A stretch of 64,000 bases of DNA, from positions 235,527-299,526 of the forward strand of contig JAKAGM010000001.1 in the NCBI GenBank assembly GCA_021815445.1, written 5' to 3'. This DNA comes from a bacterium (GTDB lineage: Bacteria; Patescibacteriota; Patescibacteriia; UBA10025). A program made the translations under genes and the position numbers. This document shows positions 26,147 through 36,603 of this stretch, piece after piece (the first letter of the stretch is position 1; the number at the start of each line of letters is the position of its first letter). The notes beneath the pieces were generated by a model, which was given only the letters and a program-made list of their open reading frames with translations, made no database searches and had not been told where the DNA came from.

Positions 26147-27615
26147 TGTGTTTGAGGTTTTAACGTGGGAAACAGTATAACTTCCTTAATACTATGGGTG
26201 TCGGTGAGAATATTGGTAAGGCGGTCAATGCCCATTCCGAGACCGGCAGTCGGGGGCATTCCATACGTCAGCGCCTCAATAAAGTCAGCATCACTATGAT
26301 GTGCCTCATTGTCGCCGCGTTTCCTGTTTTTTTCCTGGTCGTCAAAACGATCTTGTTGATCAGTCGGATCGTTGATCTCTGAAAAGGCGTTGGCAAGCTC
26401 CTTGCCGCCCGCAAAAAGTTGAAACCGTTCGACGTAACGCGTGTCATTTTCAGTTTTCTTCGCAAGCGGAGAAAGTTCGATAGGATACCTGTAGAGGAAT
26501 GCAGGCTGGATAAGGTATGGCCGAACAAAATTTTTAATTGCTTCATCGAGCATCTTGGCTCTATTCCATTTCTTCTCAGTAACAATATTGCGTTTTGACA
26601 GCTCACTCGCTAATTTTTTTTCATTTGGGTAGTTATCGATGTCAAACTTGGCGTACTCAAGTATGGCATCACGGAAGGTAAGCCGGCGGTACGGAGGGGT
26701 GAAATTGAGCTGATTCCCTTCATAAGGGACCATGAAATCGCCGCGGACTGAATGAACGAGAGCAACCATCATGCGCTCGGTAAACGCCATGAGCTCAAAA
26801 TAGTCCATGTACGCGGCATACAGTTCGACCTGGGTGAACTCGGGATTATGTAAATGATCGATGCCTTCGTTTCGAAAACAACGAGCTATTTCAAAGACGC
26901 GCTCGAATCCTCCGATGATAAGCCTTTTAAGAAAAAGCTCCGGCGCTACACGGAGAAATAAATCCGCACCGAGTGCGTTATGATGAGTAATAAATGGTTC
27001 GGCTAACGCCCCGCCCGCCATCGTTTGCAGGATAGGAGTCTCAACTTCGATGAAACGTTCGTCTTCCAGGAAGGAGCGCAGAGTTCTGATGAGCGCATGA
27101 CGCTTGAGAAAAATAGACTTCACCTCAGGATTTGAAAGCAGATCGAGATATCTTTTTCTATAACGGATTTCAACATCGCTTAATCCATGCCATTTCTCTG
27201 GCAGAGGATTTAATGACTTAGAGATAAGTCGAAAACGCTCGACAAGAAGGGATTTCTCCCCTCTTTTTGTCAGATAGGGTTTACCTGCGGCTTCCAAAAA
27301 ATCTCCAACATCCAGTGTTTTGATGAATGTGTCATACTGCTCTTCTCCCAGTCCATCCCGCTGCAGAAAGATTTGCACCTTGTCGGTGCCGTCTTGAATA
27401 TGCGCAAAACATGACCCGCCGTGCAGCCTGATGGATCTCACTCTGCCTACGAGTGTTATAAGCTGACCGTCCGAAAGTAGCTTCTCAAAGTCTGCAAGAA
27501 ACGCCCGGCAACTGTGCGAACGGACGATTCGCGCAGGATAGGGATCAATGCCTTTTTTTATAACATTCTTTCTCCGTAGTAGGCGTGTTGCTTGTTCGTT
27601 GTCCATGTCTGCCAT
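26143..27615 (-). CDS. lysS: Lysine--tRNA ligase (class II)
   Basis: YRKRYLDL, GGA.A.PF.TH, FRNEGID..HNPEF, GMPPTAGLGMGIDRL. Confidence 0.97.
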   Translation of the reverse strand: MADMDNEQATRLLRRKNVIKKGIDPYPARIVRSHSCRAFLADFEKLLSDGQLITLVGRVRSIRLHGGSCFAHIQDGTDKVQIFLQRDGLGEEQYDTFIKTLDVGDFLEAAGKPYLTKRGEKSLLVERFRLISKSLNPLPEKWHGLSDVEIRYRKRYLDLLSNPEVKSIFLKRHALIRTLRSFLEDERFIEVETPILQTMAGGALAEPFITHHNALGADLFLRVAPELFLKRLIIGGFERVFEIARCFRNEGIDHLHNPEFTQVELYAAYMDYFELMAFTERMMVALVHSVRGDFMVPYEGNQLNFTPPYRRLTFRDAILEYAKFDIDNYPNEKKLASELSKRNIVTEKKWNRAKMLDEAIKNFVRPYLIQPAFLYRYPIELSPLAKKTENDTRYVERFQLFAGGKELANAFSEINDPTDQQDRFDDQEKNRKRGDNEAHHSDADFIEALTYGMPPTAGLGMGIDRLTNILTDTHSIKEVILFPTLKPQTQ

Positions 27616-27690
27616 ATGCGATACTATATCATTTTTTTTTCGTAAAAGCAAAAAACAGCCCTTCTTGATATCCCCTTAACTTAAAAAGGC

Positions 27691-28155
27691 CTACTCAATC
27701 TCCAATACCTCTATGGTTTGCTCGCCTTTTGGGGTATTCATCTTAATGACATCGCCGACTCGCTTCATTATGAGAGCTTGTCCCAGAGGAGATTCATTCG
27801 AAATAAAACCCCGTGAGGGATCAGCCTCATTAGAACCCACAATATGGTATTTATGACTTGCATCACTGTTTTTAACTGTGATAAGAGAACCGACCTGCAC
27901 TGTCGAACCAGATTGCTGGCTTTTTTCTATAATGACGGCGTTTTTTACAATCGATTCAAGTTCCGCTATCCTGCCCTCGGTGAAAGATTGCTCATTTTTT
28001 GCCTCAGCATACTCGGCATTTTCCGATAAATCGCCAAGTTCTTTTGCCTCTTGAATGCGCGACGCAATTTCTTTACGCTTTACGTTTCTTAATTCGTCAA
28101 GCTCTTTGGTAATCTTTTCTAGTCCCTCTTTCGTTATGTATGTTTGCTTTTGCAT
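27691..28155 (-). CDS. greA: Transcription elongation factor GreA
   Basis: GDLSENAEY, IS.ESPLG. Confidence 0.97.
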   Translation of the reverse strand: MQKQTYITKEGLEKITKELDELRNVKRKEIASRIQEAKELGDLSENAEYAEAKNEQSFTEGRIAELESIVKNAVIIEKSQQSGSTVQVGSLITVKNSDASHKYHIVGSNEADPSRGFISNESPLGQALIMKRVGDVIKMNTPKGEQTIEVLEIE

Positions 28156-28237
28156 AGATCGAGAAGTAATTAAAAAATGATGAGTGTAGAGCAACCTAAT
28201 GCATTGCCCTCATACTATTTTTATGGGCACGGATACG

Positions 28238-28266
28238 ATGATAAAGGTTCGATAATGCCATGTCAA
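28238..28266 (-). promoter_or_regulatory. greA promoter
   Basis: TTGACA-17 nt-TATCAT on the minus strand. Confidence 0.7.
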
Positions 28267-28286
28267 GGCAGTTATCCACACTCGCG

Positions 28287-30224
28287 CTATGCAGGGTGGT
28301 CGTGCCACCAGGACAGGATGTCGCGTGCGACAGGCAGCGCCACGTCGTTCCCCTGGCCGCCGCCCTCAATAAGGACGGTAACCACAATTTCAGGATTTTC
28401 ATAGGGCGCAAAAGACGTGAACCATCCGTGGGTTCGATCACCGTCAAATTGTGCCGTGCCTGTTTTCGCAGCACTGGTTATGGGCAGACTGAGTAACCCG
28501 CGAGAACTGCCGGTCAATACGCCTTCCCTCATCCCCTGCTTAACTATGTGTATATTTTCCGGAGATATAAACCCAGACCTGATAACCGCTGGGTTACTGC
28601 GGGTTTCTGTGCTACCATCGTGGCTGATAATATCTTTCACAATAAATGGTCTGTACAGAGTACCACCGTTTGCGATAGCTGAGGTATATGTAGCGACCTG
28701 AAGAGGCGTGACAAGCAAATCACCTTGTCCGATTGATAAGTGGTAAGTGTCCCCGATGTACCACGGCTCCTTTTTTACACGCTCCTTCCATTCTTTGGTA
28801 GGCAAAAAACCCGGACGTTCACCAGGGAGGTCTATCCCTAGTAGGGCATTGAGTCCGAAGAGCTCGGCGTATTTCCGTATCCTGTCTACGCCGAGACCGG
28901 TGAATGTTTGGTTGTCACCGCCGCCGGTATAGTAAAAGAACGTGTTCACAGACTGTGCCAAAGCTTTGTAGACGTCAGTTACACCATGACCGCCTGCCTT
29001 CCAGTCGGGGAAAAACCAGTCGCCGATACGAACTCCCCCTGTGCTTAGGTATGTCGTCTGGGGAGTGATCACGTGCTCCTGGAGCCCCGCTGCGGCAATA
29101 ACAGGCTTTATCACCGATCCAGAGGGGTACTCGCCGGATATGGCTCTATTGAAGAGCGGGAGTTTGGGGTCAGTGGAAAGTTTTCGATATTCTTCAGGAC
29201 TTATCCCTTGGGCAAAGCTGTTCGATGAAAACGTTGGCGATGAGACCATAGCAAGTACTTCTCCTGTCCTCGGATCAAGAACGACTGCTGTGGCGCCTGT
29301 CGAGGTATGGTCATCTTTTAATGCCTGCGCCAGCCGCTCCGTAACCATTTGTTGGAGACCGGCGCGAACCGTTAACACAAGATTACTACCGGGTACAGGC
29401 GGAGATTCAGCGATTACTTTTTGTTCATTTCCAAGAGCATCGACCTCGATTTCCTTCTTTCCCATGATGCCGCGGAGAGTGTCCTCGTACATGCTTTCGA
29501 TTCCTGTTTTTCCAATCACGTCATTGAACTGGTATACTTTTCCAGCCTTTTTTTCCGCATCATACTCTGATTGGGTTAATTTCCCCGTGTACCCGAGTAT
29601 ATGCGAGTAGGAAGTATCGTCGCTGTAATGCCTGAGTGAAGAAACTGACATTTCAATACCGGGCAGCTTTTTTACCTCAATCTCAAGGACAACTGAAAGG
29701 TCATGAGGAATTTGATCCGCAATGACTAGGGGTTCGTAGGAATATCGTGACACAGATGAGACTTTTTTTTCCACCTCTTCATATTTGATGTTGAGGAGTG
29801 ATGATACTTTTTCAAGTACCTTCGTTTTTTCACCTTGATCCTTAGGAAGATCAGCTGGGACGACAGACAACAGGAAGTCCGGGGTGTTTGTAGCTAATTG
29901 CTCCCGTGATCGGTCCATGACAATGCCTCGGGGGGGTGGAATATCTATAATGCGGATTCTGTTTTCTTCTGCCGATGATCTATATTCATCACCATGCACA
30001 ATCTGAATGCCAGATACTCTAATAATAAAGACTGCAAAAATGCAACACATAATGACAAACGCCCATCGCAGACGGCGCAAATCTGTGCCTACGTGGATTG
30101 TGTCATGGCCGGGAAAAAGCCATGTCGCTTCGGTTCCCTGCTCCCGCGATTGTGAAAAATGACTCAGGGATCTTCTTTTTACATCATCACGCGAGGATGA
30201 CTCGATAAGAAAAGGATCTCTCAT
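28287..30224 (-). CDS. mrdA: Penicillin-binding protein 2
   Basis: RG.I.DR, GSVIKP (SxxK), SVN (SxN), KTG; located in the mre cluster. Confidence 0.95.
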   Translation of the reverse strand: MRDPFLIESSSRDDVKRRSLSHFSQSREQGTEATWLFPGHDTIHVGTDLRRLRWAFVIMCCIFAVFIIRVSGIQIVHGDEYRSSAEENRIRIIDIPPPRGIVMDRSREQLATNTPDFLLSVVPADLPKDQGEKTKVLEKVSSLLNIKYEEVEKKVSSVSRYSYEPLVIADQIPHDLSVVLEIEVKKLPGIEMSVSSLRHYSDDTSYSHILGYTGKLTQSEYDAEKKAGKVYQFNDVIGKTGIESMYEDTLRGIMGKKEIEVDALGNEQKVIAESPPVPGSNLVLTVRAGLQQMVTERLAQALKDDHTSTGATAVVLDPRTGEVLAMVSSPTFSSNSFAQGISPEEYRKLSTDPKLPLFNRAISGEYPSGSVIKPVIAAAGLQEHVITPQTTYLSTGGVRIGDWFFPDWKAGGHGVTDVYKALAQSVNTFFYYTGGGDNQTFTGLGVDRIRKYAELFGLNALLGIDLPGERPGFLPTKEWKERVKKEPWYIGDTYHLSIGQGDLLVTPLQVATYTSAIANGGTLYRPFIVKDIISHDGSTETRSNPAVIRSGFISPENIHIVKQGMREGVLTGSSRGLLSLPITSAAKTGTAQFDGDRTHGWFTSFAPYENPEIVVTVLIEGGGQGNDVALPVARDILSWWHDHPA

Positions 30225-30748
30225 GCGCGTGACTTAAGGAAAAATTGTTTTTGAAAAACCGATGAAAAAATCTTTGCACACGCCAGACACAAAATCCCAA
30301 TGGTAACATTCCCGAGGGAAATCAGTAGGGAAAACTTAAATGTTTGCAGATCAATAGTTTGTGACGTATGCAGTTTCAAAAATTCAATTAAAGGGATTAA
30401 CAACCACATAGTAACTAAAAATACCTGCGGAGAAATAATGAGAGATAAGATAAAATTAACATTCTTTTTTCTCGTAGTATATTCAAAAAGGGAGGGGGTG
30501 ATGACGCACGATACAATCAGAGCGAGTGACTCCAGACCCAGAGATGTCCCGCTTGATATTCCTATGAAGAAGCCGACAACAAGCGCCGCCGTGATGCCGC
30601 GGGCGGGGGTAAGGAAAACGGTTGCGGCACATACGACTAATAAAGTAATATCCAGATAGTTTCGCAAGGAACTATTGAATGACAAAAAACTTACCTGAAA
30701 AATAGTTAAAAATACGAGGAAAAGAAGAAAAAAAAGTGTAGCTCTCAT
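30221..30748 (-). CDS. mreD: Probable MreD-like membrane protein
   Basis: About 5 TM segments; lies between mreC and mrdA; sequence is divergent. Confidence 0.6.
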   Translation of the reverse strand: MRATLFFLLFLVFLTIFQVSFLSFNSSLRNYLDITLLVVCAATVFLTPARGITAALVVGFFIGISSGTSLGLESLALIVSCVITPSLFEYTTRKKNVNFILSLIISPQVFLVTMWLLIPLIEFLKLHTSQTIDLQTFKFSLLISLGNVTIGILCLACAKIFSSVFQKQFFLKSRA

Positions 30749-30755
30749 AATGGCA

Positions 30756-31559
30756 CTAGAGAACAATTGAAACCACAGTCAGATTATCGAGGGAGATCGG
30801 GTACACAACAGCGGAAGATTGGAATAACTCGCCCTCCTTATAGGTAATCTGCCCTACGGATCCTATGATCAAACCTTGGGGTACGCGGTCTTCAGTCCCA
30901 GAGGTAATTATACTCTGTGACTGCGCTATCGGCTCACTCTGGGGAATAAGAGAAAGAGTGAGTGAAAGGCCGTGCGAACCCGTGACAATTCCAAGACTCT
31001 TGGAGTCATTCTGCACTTTGACGGCAAACTCACTTTGCGAGTCGGTGACAAGGTTCATCATGGACGTTGATGAAGTAGTGCTAATAATCTTACCCACAAC
31101 AATGCCCTGTCCGACTACAACAGGCATACCGACGATGACTCCGTTGCTAGTCCCTTTATCTAAAACGACGATGTTGTCGTGCGGAAAAGATGTTCGCGCT
31201 ATAACATGGCTTGGTACGAACGTGTACTTTCTCTCAGTCAGGAACTGCTCCTCATCCCTCAATGTATGTAAATCCTCAAGGGAACTCCGTAACTTTGTGT
31301 TCTCAATAAGTAGGGCTTGAACGCGTTCATTGAGCCGGGTATTTTCATCGGCCTGCTGCTTTCGCGAAGAAAAGAACTCACTAAAGTTTTTTATTCTTCC
31401 CTGAAAATTTGATGAAGCGGTTTCCAACGGCTTTAAGAAGGCAGCCAATCCGTTCTCAATCGGGCCCAAAAGGGAATATCTACCAAAAAGCAACGCAATA
31501 ACCGATATAGCGACTGCAATGCATATAACTCCCCACCGTGATGTAAAAAAACTTTTCAT
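30756..31559 (-). CDS. mreC: Rod shape-determining protein MreC
   Basis: TM plus coiled coil, LDKG...GV..GMPV, TSG....P.GL.IG. Confidence 0.9.
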   Translation of the reverse strand: MKSFFTSRWGVICIAVAISVIALLFGRYSLLGPIENGLAAFLKPLETASSNFQGRIKNFSEFFSSRKQQADENTRLNERVQALLIENTKLRSSLEDLHTLRDEEQFLTERKYTFVPSHVIARTSFPHDNIVVLDKGTSNGVIVGMPVVVGQGIVVGKIISTTSSTSMMNLVTDSQSEFAVKVQNDSKSLGIVTGSHGLSLTLSLIPQSEPIAQSQSIITSGTEDRVPQGLIIGSVGQITYKEGELFQSSAVVYPISLDNLTVVSIVL

Positions 31560-31574
31560 ACACGGGTGAGCGTG

Positions 31575-32630
31575 CTAATTTGTTAGCGTATCCTCCTTGG
31601 TCGAAGGGGAAAGAACGTCTTTTAAGTTTTCGAGGTCCTCGAGAACTATTCCGGTTCCCCTAACCACAGCGGTCAGCGGGTCGTCGGTGATGTGGACAGG
31701 AATTTTCGTTTCATGTGAAATGATCTTGTCGAGGCCCCTTAAAAGTGCTCCCCCGCCTGAGAGCACGATACCGCGTGAGTAAATATCAGAAACCAACTCG
31801 GGGGGCGTATTTTCAATTGTTGATTTGATTCCTTCTATTATCGTGCGCAGAGACCTCGTGATAGCTTCCCGAATTTGGTTGCTATTGACTGATACTTCTT
31901 TCGGTAAACCGGTGATTAGGTCGCGACCTCGAATTTTTGCCTCAAGTGGTTCTTCAAGATCAATCGCGGATCCTATCTTTTTTTTGATACTTTCTGCTGT
32001 CCGTTCACCGAGGAGTAAGTTAAAATGCTCCCGTGAGTACTGAATAATATCCTGATCCATTTTATCTCCTGCCATACGCAGCGATTTCCATGTTACCACG
32101 CCACCGAGGGAAATTACGGCGATTTCAGTTGTTCCGCCGCCGATATCGACAATCATATTTCCTGAGGCGTCTTGAATCGGGAGACGGGCCCCTATTGCAG
32201 CGGCGACTGGCTCTTCAATGAGGAATACTTCTCTCGCTCCTGCAGACAGTGAAGCGTCCTCGACGGCTTTACGTTCTACTTCGGTAACACCCAGAGGAAT
32301 ACCGATAACAATTCGCGGTCGTGGAATAACCGAAAAACCCTCACGATGCACCTTCTCAATAAAATGCTTCAGCATTCGCTCCGTTACCTCAAAGTCCGAG
32401 ATCACGCCGTCGACAAGCGGTCGGGAGACTATGATATGCGCAGGAGACTTCCCTATCATTTTCTGGGCGTCGGCGCCGACTGCGAGTATTTGGTCATTAC
32501 GAGTGTTGATGGCGACGACGGAAGGCTCGTCAATCGTGATGCCCTTATCTTTCACGTACACCAGCGTATTGGCGGTTCCGAGGTCTATACCCATATCCCT
32601 AGATAATGTCCCGAAAAGTCTACTCAGCAT
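31575..32630 (-). CDS. mreB: Rod shape-determining protein MreB
   Basis: GIDLGTANT, EPSVVA, DIGGGTTE, GGGALL. Confidence 0.97.
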   Translation of the reverse strand: MLSRLFGTLSRDMGIDLGTANTLVYVKDKGITIDEPSVVAINTRNDQILAVGADAQKMIGKSPAHIIVSRPLVDGVISDFEVTERMLKHFIEKVHREGFSVIPRPRIVIGIPLGVTEVERKAVEDASLSAGAREVFLIEEPVAAAIGARLPIQDASGNMIVDIGGGTTEIAVISLGGVVTWKSLRMAGDKMDQDIIQYSREHFNLLLGERTAESIKKKIGSAIDLEEPLEAKIRGRDLITGLPKEVSVNSNQIREAITRSLRTIIEGIKSTIENTPPELVSDIYSRGIVLSGGGALLRGLDKIISHETKIPVHITDDPLTAVVRGTGIVLEDLENLKDVLSPSTKEDTLTN

Positions 32631-33882
32631 AGTAGTTTTTCACAAACTCAATCGCCTGCGAAGCATTCATTTTTTTTGAGGCAGATTCATTGCGTATTTT
32701 GACCTCAAGTTGGTTTTCATTGGATGTACTAATTACCATCCTCGCCGTAATACCGACCATATCAGCATCTTTAAACTTAACACCAGCCGATGCCACGCGG
32801 TCATCCAGTAAAATAGTTAACCCCGCATTCAGGCAGTCATGCACGAGTCGCTCTGTCTTCTTTTTCTCCTCCAAGCCTTTAGAAAGCTGCACGAGGTGGA
32901 TTTGGAACGGAGTCACACTCTTAGGCCATATAATGCCCTGCGCATCGTTTGACACCTCAACAATAGTACCGACGAGCCTGCCCGGACCGATGCCGTAGCT
33001 AGCCATAATTAAAGGATGGGTTGAGCCGTCTGATGCGGTGAATGTCGCGCCAATCGAGTCCGAAAATTTCGTACCCAGTTTAAAAATATTGCCGACTTCA
33101 ATCCCCTTTTTTTCGGATAGCGACCCGTGGCACTTCGGACAAGGACCGCCGGCTTTCTGTTCGGCAATCTCAGAATTCTGGGCAAAATGGCATGAAGGGC
33201 AGTAAATTATCCTGTCTTCCCCGGCATCGGAAATAACTTGGAATTCATCCGAAAACCTCTTGGTAAAACTTCCCCCGGCCGCCTCAATCATAAGAGCCTG
33301 CAGACCAAGGCGAGAGAATATGCTCAGATATGACGCAGCAACTCTATTGTAGAAGGAGTCCAGATCCTTCTCATCGGCGTGAAAGCTGTATAAATCCTTC
33401 ATTGAGAATTCGCGTCCGCGGATCAATCCGGATTTAGCGCGCGGCTCATCTCGAAATTTATCCTGAATCTGATACAGGGCAAGGGGAAGATCTTTATACG
33501 AGGTTATACGCTGTTTGACAATGTGCGTAATCACCTCTTCGTGGGTAGCTGCAAGACCGACCTGTCTCCCGGAATGATCAGGAAACTGGTACATAATGTC
33601 GGAAAGGTCTTTCCATCTGCCCGTTTTTTCCCAAATTTCTTTTGGCTGAAGCGCGGGCATATAAAATTCCTGTGCGCCAAGTGCATCCATCTCGCGACGA
33701 ATGACGTCCTTGACTGCATTAAGGACGCGGAGTCCGAGCGGGAGATACGTATACACCCCAGCCATCAATTTTGAGATGAAACCTGCCTGCTCAAGAAGCT
33801 GGGCATTTCGTGAAGATTCGTCCTTCGGGGGCTGTCGGAATGTCTTTCCGAATAGCTCTGAATATCTTACAAATGATTTCAT
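32620..33882 (-). CDS. proS: Proline--tRNA ligase (short, no editing insertion)
   Basis: THEE, FRDEPR...GL.RGREF.MKD.YSF, EVGNIFKLG, YGIG..R. Confidence 0.95.
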   Translation of the reverse strand: MKSFVRYSELFGKTFRQPPKDESSRNAQLLEQAGFISKLMAGVYTYLPLGLRVLNAVKDVIRREMDALGAQEFYMPALQPKEIWEKTGRWKDLSDIMYQFPDHSGRQVGLAATHEEVITHIVKQRITSYKDLPLALYQIQDKFRDEPRAKSGLIRGREFSMKDLYSFHADEKDLDSFYNRVAASYLSIFSRLGLQALMIEAAGGSFTKRFSDEFQVISDAGEDRIIYCPSCHFAQNSEIAEQKAGGPCPKCHGSLSEKKGIEVGNIFKLGTKFSDSIGATFTASDGSTHPLIMASYGIGPGRLVGTIVEVSNDAQGIIWPKSVTPFQIHLVQLSKGLEEKKKTERLVHDCLNAGLTILLDDRVASAGVKFKDADMVGITARMVISTSNENQLEVKIRNESASKKMNASQAIEFVKNYYAE

Positions 33883-34982
33883 GTGCCAAACACTCCTTTC
33901 ACAAATGATGAGATGGCCCCTGACAATCTCGTGACGTCTTTGATAGTGACCAGGAGGACTAAAACCATCAGGAGTGCGAAGCCGACGTTATGAATGATGC
34001 TCTCTACTTTGCGGCTTACCGGTTTCCTTCTAAGTTTTTCGATCAAAAGGAAGAAGAGTCGCCCTCCGTCAAGCGCAGGAAAAGGCAAGATATTAATGAA
34101 CGCAAGATTAAGCGATAAAAGTGCCGCAAATTGTAAAAGGTAAATAAAACCGAGTCGAGCGACTTGGCCGGTCAGAACGGCTATTCCCACCGGTCCGGCA
34201 ACGTCGAGCTGGACGGCATGTCCAATAAAAAGATTTCGCACCAAAGTATACACAGCAACAAGTATCTGCCAAAAGACAATTCCGGTAGTTTTAGCTCCCT
34301 CCCAAAAAGCACTGAAAAAAGGATAGCGAACTACACCTGTTTCATACAATCCTGCTCCGATAATCCCCTTGCCGCTTGAATCAGCTACTGGTGTAAGCGC
34401 AAAAGAAAGTTGCGTATTTGCCCGAAGGACGCGGAGATATACTTCTTTCCCGCCGAGGGGCTGAATTAACTGACGAAACTGGGAAATAGTCGATACGTGT
34501 TGATTGTCCACATCCGTAATGATGTCACCAGGTTTTAATGAGGCTTTTTCGGCTGGTGATGACGCGACGACCTCGACGATTTGGATGCGTTGGTCGCTGA
34601 TAATCGCGCGTGGTCCGACTCCTTCCGTTGCGCTCGGTATCCCAAATGTATAGCCGACTGTGAATAAAATGAATGCAAGAACTATATTCATTAAAACACC
34701 GGCACAGAGGATCAATGAACGCTGCCAGATTTTTTTTTGAACGAAACTATCCGGATCCTGAGAATGGTCGCCCTGCTCGCCTTTGATTTTAACGAACCCG
34801 CCTAGTGGTATCCAATTTATTGAGTATCTGGTCCCCCCTTTTTTAAAGCCGAGAGCTCTGGGTGGAAATCCAACCCCGAACTCTTCAACCGAGACGCGCA
34901 TTTTCCTTGCCATAAAAAAATGACCGCATTCGTGCACAAGGACAAGCAGAGTAAGAATTATTAGAAAATATACTATTGACAT
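33879..34982 (-). CDS. rseP: RIP metalloprotease RseP
   Basis: HECGH, PDZ domain, NILPFPALDGG. Confidence 0.95.
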   Translation of the reverse strand: MSIVYFLIILTLLVLVHECGHFFMARKMRVSVEEFGVGFPPRALGFKKGGTRYSINWIPLGGFVKIKGEQGDHSQDPDSFVQKKIWQRSLILCAGVLMNIVLAFILFTVGYTFGIPSATEGVGPRAIISDQRIQIVEVVASSPAEKASLKPGDIITDVDNQHVSTISQFRQLIQPLGGKEVYLRVLRANTQLSFALTPVADSSGKGIIGAGLYETGVVRYPFFSAFWEGAKTTGIVFWQILVAVYTLVRNLFIGHAVQLDVAGPVGIAVLTGQVARLGFIYLLQFAALLSLNLAFINILPFPALDGGRLFFLLIEKLRRKPVSRKVESIIHNVGFALLMVLVLLVTIKDVTRLSGAISSFVKGVFGT

Positions 34983-34988
34983 GGTAGC

Positions 34989-35537
34989 CTACACAGTTAA
35001 AATTTCTACCTCTTTTTTCTTTACAATATCCTTGACCATGTCGCCGTAGGTGTCAATAGTTTTTTGTAAATCTTTTTGCAACCTGAAAAAATCATCCTCG
35101 GGGAGCAACCCATCCTTTTTTTTCTGTTGAAGATCCTTAAGAATATCCTCCCTAATATTCCTCAAACGTACGCGTGAATCTTCAGATTTTTTACCAATAA
35201 GTCGTACCAACTCTTCTCTTCGCTCCTGGGTAAGCTGAGGAATAACTACACGAATAACCTTGCCCTCATTGACTGGGTGCAATCCGAGGGAAGACAACTG
35301 AATGGCTTTCTCTATGTCCTTCACCGAATTGACGTCCCATGGTTGGATAAGGACGCTCTTTGGGTCCGGGACCGTAATGCTGGCAAGTTGCTGCAGAGGC
35401 GTTTTAGCTCCGTAATAATCGACGGAGATATTTTCAACAAGCGCAGGCGTCGCTCTGCCTGTTCGTATTTGGGCGAGTTCATCCTTGAGATTGTCCAGGG
35501 CGCTATCAAATTGTTCTGTTGGAAAATCGTGGTTCAT
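34989..35537 (-). CDS. frr: Ribosome recycling factor
   Basis: IRTGRA, YYG..TPL.QLA, P.LT.ERR. Confidence 0.97.
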   Translation of the reverse strand: MNHDFPTEQFDSALDNLKDELAQIRTGRATPALVENISVDYYGAKTPLQQLASITVPDPKSVLIQPWDVNSVKDIEKAIQLSSLGLHPVNEGKVIRVVIPQLTQERREELVRLIGKKSEDSRVRLRNIREDILKDLQQKKKDGLLPEDDFFRLQKDLQKTIDTYGDMVKDIVKKKEVEILTV

Positions 35538-35546
35538 GGGTGTTAG

Positions 35547-36602
35547 CTATTTGCCTGCGGGGACAGTCCCGGCGAATAGGACGTCCTGCGAAAATGCTGA
35601 GATATAGAGCGATCCTATTGTTCTCGAAGTTGGGACTGTTTTGATCGTTTTCCATGTCACGCCTCCGTCCACAGTCTTGTGAAGTATATTACCTACTGCA
35701 AAAAATATTTCTTTACGGTTTGTCGGATTGACAGCGACAACTCGTATCGGAACAGAGCCAAAAGGAAAGAGCGTAGATATCGGCTGCCATGTTGCTGCAC
35801 CGTCAGAACTTGTTAAAATGCCATACGGTGTTCCGAGAGCCATGAATTCTGTGTCAGAATGGAAATCTATCCAGAGAACCGATTTTGATCCGGTGAATGC
35901 GTTCAGCGCGGCCGAGAGGTCCTGCCAAGTTTCTCCGCCATCTGTAGTCCTGTAAAAACCGTAGTTTGTTGCGTAAAGGTAGAGCGTACGTGAGTCCTTC
36001 GCGCTGATCAGCAACTGCGCCGCTTGCGTCCCTTTCCAATTCAGTGTGCGCCATGTCACGCCAGCGTCTTCACTCTTTAACACCGACGACTGGGTGGTGG
36101 CATATATTTTTGACGGATTAAATGAATCAATAGCTAAGGCGGTGATGGTTTCATGTGGCTGTGACTCTACATAAATTGTCGTCCAGGTTTTCATCCCGTC
36201 AATGCTTTTGCTTATCGTCGTCCCTTGAGCGGCATACAGAACATCTGTGTTGCTTGGATCAACCACTAATGCCAAATATGTGCTTGAACGCAGCGGGGTA
36301 GCTTCCCATTTTTCACCCCGGTCGAGGGTCCGATATACACCATTCGTTCTAGATACAAAATATATCTTTTGAGCGTTTTTGGGATCAAAAACAAGAAATG
36401 AAGCATCAAGTGGGCCAATCGTAATGATTGTTTTGTTTTGTTGTCCTATGAATGTTTTTGCCGACCACGTTTCACCCGAGTTGAGTGAAATAAAAACTCC
36501 GCCGTCCGGGGGAGAGGCTTTTTTTAGACTGAGCGTGCAACCAGTCAAGAGGATGGCTGAGACAATGAGCATCACGAACATTATGGCGTGGTGTTTCTTC
36601 AT
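35547..36602 (-). CDS. Lipoprotein with BNR/Asp-box (sortilin/Ycf48-like) beta-propeller
   Basis: Lipobox LLTGC; repeated S/T.D.G.TW motifs. Confidence 0.85.
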   Translation of the reverse strand: MKKHHAIMFVMLIVSAILLTGCTLSLKKASPPDGGVFISLNSGETWSAKTFIGQQNKTIITIGPLDASFLVFDPKNAQKIYFVSRTNGVYRTLDRGEKWEATPLRSSTYLALVVDPSNTDVLYAAQGTTISKSIDGMKTWTTIYVESQPHETITALAIDSFNPSKIYATTQSSVLKSEDAGVTWRTLNWKGTQAAQLLISAKDSRTLYLYATNYGFYRTTDGGETWQDLSAALNAFTGSKSVLWIDFHSDTEFMALGTPYGILTSSDGAATWQPISTLFPFGSVPIRVVAVNPTNRKEIFFAVGNILHKTVDGGVTWKTIKTVPTSRTIGSLYISAFSQDVLFAGTVPAGK

Positions 36603-36603
36603 A

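Noticed and set aside
28272-28280. DnaA box as a sign of oriC
   Set aside because: A single box with no cluster, AT-rich unwinding element or dnaA nearby
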